A DNA stretch of 64,000 nucleotides from an uncultured bacterium (lineage in GTDB: Bacteria > Oederibacteriota > PGYV01 > CAWJRG01): contig CAWJRG010000001.1 in assembly GCA_963845185.1 (NCBI GenBank), positions 256,001 through 320,000 on the forward strand, given 5' to 3'. A program made the translations under genes and the position numbers. Positions within the stretch are counted from its first letter, which is position 1. Every line of letters begins with the position of its first letter. A model generated the notes under the pieces. It did not search any database and was not told where the DNA came from. It was given only the letters and a program-made list of their open reading frames with translations. Of this stretch, positions 10,085 to 17,433 are shown piece by piece.

Positions 10085-10831
10085 TTAGTTGGAATTTAAT
10101 ATTTCTTTTAAGCGAGTTTTAACATCTCTTAAATCGACTTTCCTAAATTTTCCTTTATTATTATCAAAAATAAGCACTTTACCTTTTGTTTCTTTTTCCT
10201 TTTTTTTATTGTATATTTTAATATATATAGCCAATATTTTTATACCAAACTCAGGATTTTTTTTACTTGATTTTGTATTTTGATTTACAATTTCACCAAA
10301 CCACTCTTTCAATTTGTTAATAGAATTCTTAGTGTCGCCAGAGTCTTCCGCTCGATGAATATGTATTAAGTGACCACGCTTTTTCGAATGAGATACTTTA
10401 TTATAATCTCTTAAAATATGGTCTCGATTATTTGTGTTTTCAGTCCCAAATTCAATTATATAAGCAGGCTCTACATATCCTTTGGACGATGAATCTATTT
10501 TTAGTTTCTTATTTTTAATCTCTCCTATCGTTCCTTTATCTAAAATAACTATATCACTTCTTTCATAATCTTTTTGGTTGTTACCATATTCTGTGTGTAC
10601 TAACATTGTTTTATATAACCCCTTTGAGGGTTTTCCATTTTTCCAACCAAGATGCAATCCTGTTTTGCTTAAATTGTTTTTATTATCCGGATTGAGAACA
10701 TTAATTTTCATTAATTCGCGTGAAACTAACACATGTATATCGATTTCAGATAAAAAAATTAATGGCTCATTACAAATTTTATTCAAAATATTAATTATTT
10801 TTTCCTCTATTTTTATACATATTTTCTCCAT
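10085..10831 (-). CDS. AT-rich hypothetical protein, possible PD-(D/E)XK-fold nuclease
   Basis: 248 aa ORF with low GC; SEIDI..HTEY..RSDIVIL..IIEFG pattern only suggestive. Confidence 0.45.
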   Translation of the reverse strand: MEKICIKIEEKIINILNKICNEPLIFLSEIDIHVLVSRELMKINVLNPDNKNNLSKTGLHLGWKNGKPSKGLYKTMLVHTEYGNNQKDYERSDIVILDKGTIGEIKNKKLKIDSSSKGYVEPAYIIEFGTENTNNRDHILRDYNKVSHSKKRGHLIHIHRAEDSGDTKNSINKLKEWFGEIVNQNTKSSKKNPEFGIKILAIYIKIYNKKKEKETKGKVLIFDNNKGKFRKVDLRDVKTRLKEILNSN

Positions 10832-11027
10832 TTTTCGTCCTTAAATTTTTATCGTTGTTTTTGAAAGCAGAAACATAGTATACTACCTCGTCCCCCCGCG
10901 TTTTTCAGCGATAGTGTCCTCAAACTCAAAAAGAATTGACTACTTGTATCAGTTAATTAATTGTACCAAACGTAAGGGTTTGCATAAAGCAAATTTTTAT
11001 GTATACTTTCATCGAGGAGAGTGACAA

Positions 11028-11360
11028 ATGACTGACAACCAACAGAATAACGGATTGAAGAAACCAAAGTTAACCCCAGAACAACTTTTTGATATTTATC
11101 AGGAATGTTCCTTACCCAACGCGCCAGTAAAAGCCATCCTGGAACGGTGCGGGCTTAAACCGTGGCATCTTATTGCCTTGCGTAAGAGAATCAAGCAAGC
11201 TGCCCTGTCAGAACTATCGAATCCGGCAAAATCCGGCAGAAAGAAGTCCATGGTTCCCGTAGAAAGCCTTGCTCAAGTGGATAAGGAACTTTCTCAAACA
11301 AAGGACGCGCTGGCTGCTGTCGGGCATGAGCTTGCGTTGTTAAAAAAAAAGATGAGTTGA
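11028..11360 (+). CDS. IS transposase OrfA (HTH plus coiled coil)
   Basis: RBS GAGGAG; ends ELALLKKK over an A9G slippery run at 11342-11351. Confidence 0.7.
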   Translation: MTDNQQNNGLKKPKLTPEQLFDIYQECSLPNAPVKAILERCGLKPWHLIALRKRIKQAALSELSNPAKSGRKKSMVPVESLAQVDKELSQTKDALAAVGHELALLKKKMS

Positions 11361-12358
11361 GTCTCAAGGGTCCTTTGAAGGGGCACTATCCGGCCCAAGT
11401 TAGGCAGATAGTTGTTATCACTATAAACGAAGCCGTACTATCCGGTTTCACGCAGAAAAGAGCTTGTTTGATCTTTGACATAGACGCCAGAAAATTCAGA
11501 CGCTGGGCTAAACTAAAAAAGAGAACGCCAAGAACGGCATGTAACAAACTGTTGCCGTTTGAAAAGACATCGATTATTGACTCTGCCTTTAGACCTGAAA
11601 ATATAGGCAAGCCATTGAGCCATATTTACGTATATGGCCATAATTCAGGCGCTTTTCATGCTTCTCTATCGACTGTATACAGGTATCTAAAAGCCGAAGA
11701 TCTCGTAAAACCATTCGAACCCAAAAAACGGAAATCTAATCATGTTTCGGCTCACGATCTTTTGGATGCTGGATTTTCCCTTTTGACCTATGACGGTTCA
11801 TGCTTCAAAACCGAGTCCGGCGTAACTGTTTGGTCCATACCGGTTCTGCTTCTGCCTTACAGGTATCTGCTGCATATCGGACACAGTTTACGCGGCGTCA
11901 GTTCAGCGGATTTACGGGATGCCGTTGCTCAAGCCATACTTGAACTGCCGGATGACTTTCCTGACAACATAGTGGCTTTTTCAGACCGCGGATCTGCTAT
12001 GAAAGCCAAAAAGACTGTTGCCTTCCTGGAAGATGTGCTAAAAATTCCTGTACGCTACGGACGCCCAAACACGCCGGATGACGAACCATGGATTGAGGCC
12101 CTGAATAAAAACTCGAAGTATCACAGGGATGTGCCGGCTGTCTTTCCAACGGTTTCAGATGTACTGGACTGGTTAGAAAAATTTAAACCACTGCATAACA
12201 ACGATCCTCATAGCTCGCTACATTATGTTACACCGGCTGAGGCGTTCGCGGGAAAAATGGAGGTGATTTTAAGCCAGAGAAAGAACAACCTGATCACTGC
12301 AAACATTATAAGGTTGGAGGCTTTCAGGGCTTCCAAGCTTCAAGTAGTGATTGGGTGA
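11357..12358 (+). CDS. IS transposase OrfB (DDE integrase core)
   Basis: TYDG..FSDRGSAM..RPNTPDDEPWIE..HSSLHYVTP; lies in the -1 frame relative to OrfA. Confidence 0.8.
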   Translation: MSLKGPLKGHYPAQVRQIVVITINEAVLSGFTQKRACLIFDIDARKFRRWAKLKKRTPRTACNKLLPFEKTSIIDSAFRPENIGKPLSHIYVYGHNSGAFHASLSTVYRYLKAEDLVKPFEPKKRKSNHVSAHDLLDAGFSLLTYDGSCFKTESGVTVWSIPVLLLPYRYLLHIGHSLRGVSSADLRDAVAQAILELPDDFPDNIVAFSDRGSAMKAKKTVAFLEDVLKIPVRYGRPNTPDDEPWIEALNKNSKYHRDVPAVFPTVSDVLDWLEKFKPLHNNDPHSSLHYVTPAEAFAGKMEVILSQRKNNLITANIIRLEAFRASKLQVVIG

Positions 12359-12368
12359 CGGTTTGAGG

Positions 12369-13121
12369 TCAATTAAGCTGAAAAACTCCGGTCCAGTTAG
12401 TACTCTCATTTATAATTACCTTTACTAACGTTTCTGATGCATCGTACCATTCCTGTTTAAAATCATTGCCTTTACCGTCATAGAAGGACTTATCCGCCAT
12501 AGTCAACTTTCCTGATGCATCGTAATATTCCCATTTAACATTATTGCCTTTACCATCATAAAAAAACCTACTAATTGCAATCAATTCTCCTGACGCATTG
12601 TACCTTTCACATTTAATTTTGTTATTCTTATCATCATATAAGAATTTATCCGCTTCAGTCAACTCCCCCGATGCATCATACGCATTATCCTTAAAATCAT
12701 TGCCTTTCTTATCATAAAAGTGGTTTATCACATCCGTCAACTCCCCTGATGCATTATATATTTTACCTTTAAGCGGCTTTCCTTTATTATCATAGAAAAC
12801 TTTAGTAATTTCTTTCAATTCTCCCGAAGCATCGTAAAATTTCTCCTTAATCTTGTTGCCTTTACCGTCATAGAAGGACTTAATCGCCATAGTCAACTCT
12901 CCCGATTCATTGTACACTTCACATTTAACTTCATTACCTTTATCATCGTAAAATTGTTTCTCCATACCAATTAACTTACTTTTATCTATCTTTCCAAAGC
13001 TAACACCATACGCTGAAGAAGTTACTACTTGGTTCACATACTTAGCTTCCAAACTCATAAATAAACTCATAAACAAAACTACAAACGACACACAAACAAT
13101 TAATTTTTTGTGAGTAGACAC
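12369..13121 (-). CDS. Secreted protein with about 8 tandem 24-aa YD-like repeats; intron at start codon, C-terminus cut by IS
   Basis: Signal-peptide-like KKLIVCVSFVVLF; repeats FYDxKGNxxKxxxYDASGELT; last about 11 codons lie in the IS right end. Confidence 0.7.
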   Translation of the reverse strand: MSTHKKLIVCVSFVVLFMSLFMSLEAKYVNQVVTSSAYGVSFGKIDKSKLIGMEKQFYDDKGNEVKCEVYNESGELTMAIKSFYDGKGNKIKEKFYDASGELKEITKVFYDNKGKPLKGKIYNASGELTDVINHFYDKKGNDFKDNAYDASGELTEADKFLYDDKNNKIKCERYNASGELIAISRFFYDGKGNNVKWEYYDASGKLTMADKSFYDGKGNDFKQEWYDASETLVKVIINESTNWTGVFQLN

Positions 13122-13894
13122 CTTTTATAACCTCCTTTGGTTACTTAATGCCCCTCTCAGAACCGAACGTGACCGTTTCGGTCATTCGGCTCCACGGGAA
13201 TACTTCCTAATACGATGACAGCGCATAGGTTAGATGATATACCATTATACTCCGTAATTGCCCAGGGCTTTATCTTTCTTTAGCTCTCCAGGACATTCCA
13301 AAAGAGAACCCTCATTGAGCAGGTGTATATGTGTCTCTTAACTCAACTTTGGATTTTCCTTTGCACGCATAGTCAGGGTCTTAAGTTTCGTTGCCATTCC
13401 ATCTCCACCTCTGTGTGTGGCGGATGTATCCCTTACGACCCCACGCTTTTCCCTCTATCCCCTTTTCTCCATCTACTTTCATAGACTTCATCGATACTAT
13501 GGGATAGTCAGACTGCCGGGACATCTTTTACGGCTCCTCATCTTTTGGAATTTGTCGCCGCATACTCTCCTTTTGAGGATGTCTCGGCTCTCCCGAGTTC
13601 ATATCTGTTCCTTGACATCTTGACACGGCCTTAGACCCCGTCGGGTTCCCACTCTCTCGCCTTTTATGATTGTGGGACTGCTGCCTGCTTCGTTATGAAC
13701 AGTGTCGGCCTCCGACACGATGGCGATTTCGGGGCTCAATACCTTCACTTGCGTTGTATCCCGATGTCTCCCGCCTTCCAGCTTCATTTAGTTCGTTGCC
13801 TCCCTAAATGTGGAATTTGGTATTGGGCTGGTGGCTGACCTTTGCCCAAGCTGGATTTTCACCAGCGCGAACCGATACGCTTTTCTCGGCGCAC
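13109..13894 (-). mobile_element. Group II intron, non-autonomous (RT ORF internally deleted)
   Basis: 5' GTGCG at 13894; domain V GAGCCGAATGACCGAAACGGTCACGTTCGGTTC near 13160-13195; domain VI ending CTACTCAC(A); RT remnant in domain IV. 3' boundary is 13109 or 13110. Confidence 0.9.
13218..13397 (-). pseudogene. Remnant of group II intron reverse transcriptase/maturase
   Basis: MATKLKTLTMRAKENPKL*..HLLNEGSLLEC..ELKKDKALG resembles the intron RT N-terminus, fused to a short tail; no YADD region. Confidence 0.75.
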
Positions 13895-13910
13895 TCATTT
13901 ACGCCTCCCT

Positions 13911-13968
13911 TGATGATGTTTATTTTGTCGAACCGTCAACAGGCGAAAACAAAATATTACAGCACTCA
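13911..13968 (-). promoter_or_regulatory. Leader RNA motif, hairpin 2 only, upstream of RBS of the intron-interrupted gene
   Basis: GTAATATTTTG..CCTGTTGACGG..CAAAATAAAC followed by AAGGGAGG; homologous to 16731-16788. Confidence 0.55.
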
Positions 13969-14015
13969 ATTCCAGCAAAACGTTAGTGAAGCTGGATTCA
14001 TCTTATCCATATATA

Positions 14016-14043
14016 ATTATACCCCTTCTTTTCACGCTGTCAA
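14016..14043 (-). promoter_or_regulatory. Sigma-70 promoter for the intron-containing gene
   Basis: Minus strand TTGACA-16 nt-TATAAT. Confidence 0.6.
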
Positions 14044-14073
14044 TTAATATGCATCTTCTCAGCCCATTTTTCC

Positions 14074-14423
14074 CTATCTTTTCTTCATCCACTTTTCACC
14101 CACTTCACAACCTGCTTGAATATCGCATGCCCTATCTTGCCGAAAAGCGGCTTCGGCACATGGTTCTCCGCCTGCGGTGGAACCCCGCCGACAGGAATCG
14201 GTGGTCCCTTAATAACCACCGGAGGTTACTGGAGCTACCGCTTCCAGTCCAAATAGCTAATATGCGACGTCCGCCGAAGCAGAACTTTCTGCGTAGGCGG
14301 ATAATGAGTTCCCTCCGAAAAGGCCATAGTCCCGAGCGAAGTCGAGCGGATATAATTTCATCACCAACTGGAGTTGGGGGGAATTTCTTTCCGGATTATT
14401 ATATTGTGCACCAGCTCAAAGCC
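14074..14423 (-). pseudogene. Relic of the 3' end of the ParB-domain gene, interrupted by the repeat element
   Basis: Aligns with 15453-15584 including stop codon; carries a 1-bp deletion and the 219 bp insertion. Confidence 0.8.
14177..14395 (-). mobile_element. Non-autonomous IS200/IS605-type element, copy 2 (219 bp, expanded by nested mini-palindromes)
   Basis: Boundaries defined by the empty paralogous site at 15556/15557 (gcctgcg|ttataat); no TSD. Confidence 0.8.
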
Positions 14424-14594
14424 GGGGTTTGAAGTACTTACAGTTTCTAGTTTATGATTTCTAGTTTCTAGTGCAGTTGAGCTTTACTTGTCATTACTTA
14501 CCACTTTCCCATTACAACTTACAACGTCCTTTTCCTTTTCTTTGCCTGGAAACTTGAAACTAGAAACTAGAGACTTGCCTGAGATTTCCCCGGC

Positions 14595-14948
14595 TTACCT
14601 GCGCGCGGCGGCCCGTCTGTGTCCCGGGGAATTAACAAGTTCCAGCCTTAAGCTTTTACCAAGGCCATTCGCTATTTTTTTTAAGGTCTGATATTTCGCG
14701 TCGTCAATATTTTCCATCGCGCGTGATAAAACAAAAGGATTTATCCCCGCATTTTTGGCAAGGGCGTATTTGGTCATATGCTTTTTTTTCAGTTCTTTAT
14801 TTACCTTTTCCATGAAATAAAAAAGCTCCATTTCATCGGCATAGGCTTTGCGCCCTTCTTCGCTTTTACCGGCTTCGTCAAAAATCTTTTGAACCTCATC
14901 CTTTGGCGCGATTTTTAAGTCCGCTTCAGTAATTTTGATTTTTTTCAT
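14595..14948 (-). CDS. XRE/HigA-like HTH antitoxin
   Basis: MTKYALAKNAGINPFVLSRAME..TLKKIANGLG; translationally coupled to toxin. Confidence 0.75.
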   Translation of the reverse strand: MKKIKITEADLKIAPKDEVQKIFDEAGKSEEGRKAYADEMELFYFMEKVNKELKKKHMTKYALAKNAGINPFVLSRAMENIDDAKYQTLKKIANGLGKSLRLELVNSPGHRRAAARR

Positions 14949-15289
14949 GTTGTTTTTCTCCTTTCCAGCATAATGTTTTTTATTATATTCCCTTTCTCAT
15001 ACTCCCGCCTGTTTTTCTTCTTCTGGTTTTTCTCCACAAAAGAATTGACAAACTGCGCGTGATTGCCCGACCAGAAATAAATCAGCCTGTATTCGATATT
15101 GTTAAAGCCCGGCCTCAATTCGTAAAGATTTGTAAAACCCTCGATTTTATCGGAATAAGGCTTTCTGATGTCGTGCCCTTTAATCAGCAGTATGTCTATA
15201 TACGCCTGAATTTTCTTTTTCAAACCGTCCGATAAATCCATAATTTGCTGTTTTACTGTTTCATTCAAACTGTATGTCACGGGCTCCAC
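14945..15289 (-). CDS. RelE/ParE (HigB/Gp49-like) toxin
   Basis: KPYSDKIEGFTNLYELRP..EYRLIYF..FVNSFVEK; likely GTG start at 15289 after AAAGGAG; palindrome TACACAT-TT-ATGTGTA at 15318-15333 may be the operator. Confidence 0.75.
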   Translation of the reverse strand: MEPVTYSLNETVKQQIMDLSDGLKKKIQAYIDILLIKGHDIRKPYSDKIEGFTNLYELRPGFNNIEYRLIYFWSGNHAQFVNSFVEKNQKKKNRREYEKGNIIKNIMLERRKTT

Positions 15290-15386
15290 GCGTTCATCTC
15301 CTTTATCAATAAGATTATACACATTTATGTGTACATTATCAAGCGTTATTTATGATCCTCAATTTCTTTTATTACATATATTTCCA

Positions 15387-15450
15387 TTACGAGCATCCTT
15401 TATGAACATCTCTTACGAACATTTTTATAGAACATTTCTTCGAACATCTT
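15387..15450. repeat. Five direct repeats with about 13 bp period, core GAACAT
   Basis: ttacgagcatcct / ttatgaacatctc / ttacgaacatttt / tatagaacatttc / ttcgaacatctt. Confidence 0.7.
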
Positions 15451-15452
15451 TC

Positions 15453-16715
15453 CTATCTTTTCTTCATCCACTTTTTCACCCACTTCACGACCTGCTTGAA
15501 CACCGCATGCCCTATTTTGCCTAAAAGCGACTTCGGCACGTGGTTTTCCGCCTGCGTTATAATATTGTGCGCCAGCTCAAAGCCAGAATTCAATTTGGGA
15601 TTTTCAGAGTTTGGAATTTGTGATTCACTTACCATACCCTCACCCTGAACATCTTGAGCTTTTGAACCTTGAACTTTTCCTACCTCTTGCCCCCCTTGAA
15701 CATTGAGCCTTGAACCTTGAACTTCTTTTATGATCGCCGGCAAGTCTGCCCAATACGGGTTATCCTCCAGTTTGCTATCCTTGTGTCCCAGCCACCATAT
15801 TGCTCCTGCTGCGCCAAGCGCTGCCAATACGCCGCTATCCTCGTCCGCTATTATAATATGAACACCACCCTTTGCCGGACTTTTTATCTGAAAATATCCA
15901 GTCTCCCTCATCTCCTGTAACAGCTTGGCATACCGCCCGTCTTGCCCATCGCCCGCCGAATGTTCCCCCTCACCCAGACCCTCTCCCGCAAGGGGCGAGG
16001 GGTGTGTTTTGCCGCCCTCCCCGAAGGATTCCGGTGTATTGCCTGCTTTTATCCATGCAGCTATCTTTTTGGCTTGTTTTTCAGTCATTTTCCGCTCAAT
16101 AAGCACTTTTATGGTCTTTTCCATCTTATCCACGTCATCTGGATAGCCATTCGCAAGCCCAGTAAGGGCAATAACAGCAGATTCAGGTATCTTCCAGCCT
16201 GTGGATAACTCCGGATTCCGGAGTTGTCCACATATTTGCTCCCTTGCCGCTGTATTCAACAGCCCCATTACCTTTGCCACATTCCCTACATATTGAAACC
16301 TTAACTGGAGCCTGTCCGCGACTTCCTGATTGTTGAGATCAGGGCATAAAGCCATGTATTTTTCAATACCCAGGTAGTTGTCAAACCAGTTCGGCGGCTC
16401 CGCTTTATTGCCCATAATCAACTCCAGCATCTCATCCGCCGGGCTGAGGCCCTTCACAACAACCGCCTCTATCTCGGTCCAGCCGTTCTGCTTAGCGCCT
16501 GCGTACCTGTAGTGCCCGCATAGGATGTAATAATTGATTCCCTGACCCAGTAGGCCATCGCCGGCCTTTCTATCGTCAGTCAAAAGCGCCAGCTTGACAG
16601 GGTTCAGCAGCCCGTCCTTATCCATGGACTTCGCGACAGCATCCGTAATGTCCTGCTGCAGGAAGCTCCTCGGGTTGTTTGGATGCGGCTTAATCTCGGA
16701 AATAGGTATCTTCAT
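15453..16715 (-). CDS. ParB/Srx N-terminal domain protein with HTH and repeat-derived C-terminal region
   Basis: IPISEIKPHPNNPR..GLLNPV..ILCGHYRYAGA; NQEVADRL HTH. Confidence 0.75.
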   Translation of the reverse strand: MKIPISEIKPHPNNPRSFLQQDITDAVAKSMDKDGLLNPVKLALLTDDRKAGDGLLGQGINYYILCGHYRYAGAKQNGWTEIEAVVVKGLSPADEMLELIMGNKAEPPNWFDNYLGIEKYMALCPDLNNQEVADRLQLRFQYVGNVAKVMGLLNTAAREQICGQLRNPELSTGWKIPESAVIALTGLANGYPDDVDKMEKTIKVLIERKMTEKQAKKIAAWIKAGNTPESFGEGGKTHPSPLAGEGLGEGEHSAGDGQDGRYAKLLQEMRETGYFQIKSPAKGGVHIIIADEDSGVLAALGAAGAIWWLGHKDSKLEDNPYWADLPAIIKEVQGSRLNVQGGQEVGKVQGSKAQDVQGEGMVSESQIPNSENPKLNSGFELAHNIITQAENHVPKSLLGKIGHAVFKQVVKWVKKWMKKR

Positions 16716-16730
16716 ATTATAACCTCCCCT

Positions 16731-16888
16731 TAGATAGCGTTTGTTTTGTCAAGCCGTCAACAGGCGCTGACAAAACACTACGCTATCTTAGTACCCGCTC
16801 CAGTCATGGTTTTACCCTGACAAGCGGTATCAATTTGTTTTGCCAAGCCGATCAAGTCCGAGGCTACTGCCAAGGACAAGCGGCGCTT
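16731..16888 (-). promoter_or_regulatory. Structured 5' leader: two copies of hairpin 1 plus hairpin 2 of the shared leader motif
   Basis: See findings; promoter TTGAAC-17-TATAAT at 16948-16920 gives an about 200 nt UTR. Confidence 0.6.
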
Positions 16889-17052
16889 GAATTTTTAGCG
16901 TACTGCCAATCGTGGATACATTATAATACTACGAAATGAAGGGTTCAAGAAATATTTTGATGGAAATTTTTGGAATTAATAATTGGAATTGCCCTTTTGT
17001 TGCCTACACATCCCCCTTACCACTTACCCCGTCTTTTGTCTGTTTTATGCTT

Positions 17053-17433
17053 TTATTTCAGGTTATTTTTTACCATGGCAATAATTTCTTTTGCCTTGGC
17101 AGTACAGCTTTCAGCCTGTTTAAATGTCGGCTCTATAAATTCATCAGGGTAACGCACCTGCACCGCGTAAAAATTCAATTCAGCCGCTTCAATTTTATTA
17201 AAAGACCCGTCATATTCCGCACAAAGCTTTAAAAGCATCGCAATATCATGTGTTTTGCCCGTTGTTTTCCCCTTATCGGCGAGAAATGCTTTCAGGTATT
17301 TTTCGGCGGCCTGCTGCGCATGGAAACAGACGGCGCCTTTTGCGCATTCAGTTTTCCCAAGCTTCAATTCGTGCCCGACGACTTTCATATCTTCGTCCGC
17401 TTTTTGAATCCATCGGGCCGAAATATCTTTCAT
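17053..17433 (-). CDS. HEPN domain protein (toxin of MNT-HEPN pair)
   Basis: CFHAQQAAEKYLKAFL..KTHDI..RYP. Confidence 0.9.
   Translation of the reverse strand: MKDISARWIQKADEDMKVVGHELKLGKTECAKGAVCFHAQQAAEKYLKAFLADKGKTTGKTHDIAMLLKLCAEYDGSFNKIEAAELNFYAVQVRYPDEFIEPTFKQAESCTAKAKEIIAMVKNNLK

Larger units (their letters stand above)
10881..12402 (+). mobile_element. IS3-like insertion sequence (OrfA/OrfB)
   Basis: Imperfect terminal IRs: TACTACCTCGTCC..GTTTTTCAGCGATAGTGTCCTCAAAC (10881-10925) vs reverse complement of 12361-12402 TACTAACTGGACC..GTTTTTCAGCTTAATTGACCTCAAAC; two overlapping ORFs. Confidence 0.75.

Noticed and set aside
13417..14047. Short ORFs at 13417, 13599 and 13808
   Set aside because: They overlap structured group II intron domains
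13986..14432. 148-aa plus-strand ORF
   Set aside because: Spans a promoter, the antisense of the ParB relic and the repeat element; not protein-like
15387..15450. Possible CRISPR array
   Set aside because: Units are about 13 bp with no spacers and there are no cas genes in the window
12369..15584. Possible diversity-generating retroelement (RT remnant plus repeated segment pair)
   Set aside because: The RT is a deleted intron maturase, and differences between 14074-14423 and 15453-15584 are not restricted to adenines
16828..16846. TTGGCA as a sigma-54 -24 element in the ParB leader
   Set aside because: No GC at the required 10-nt spacing
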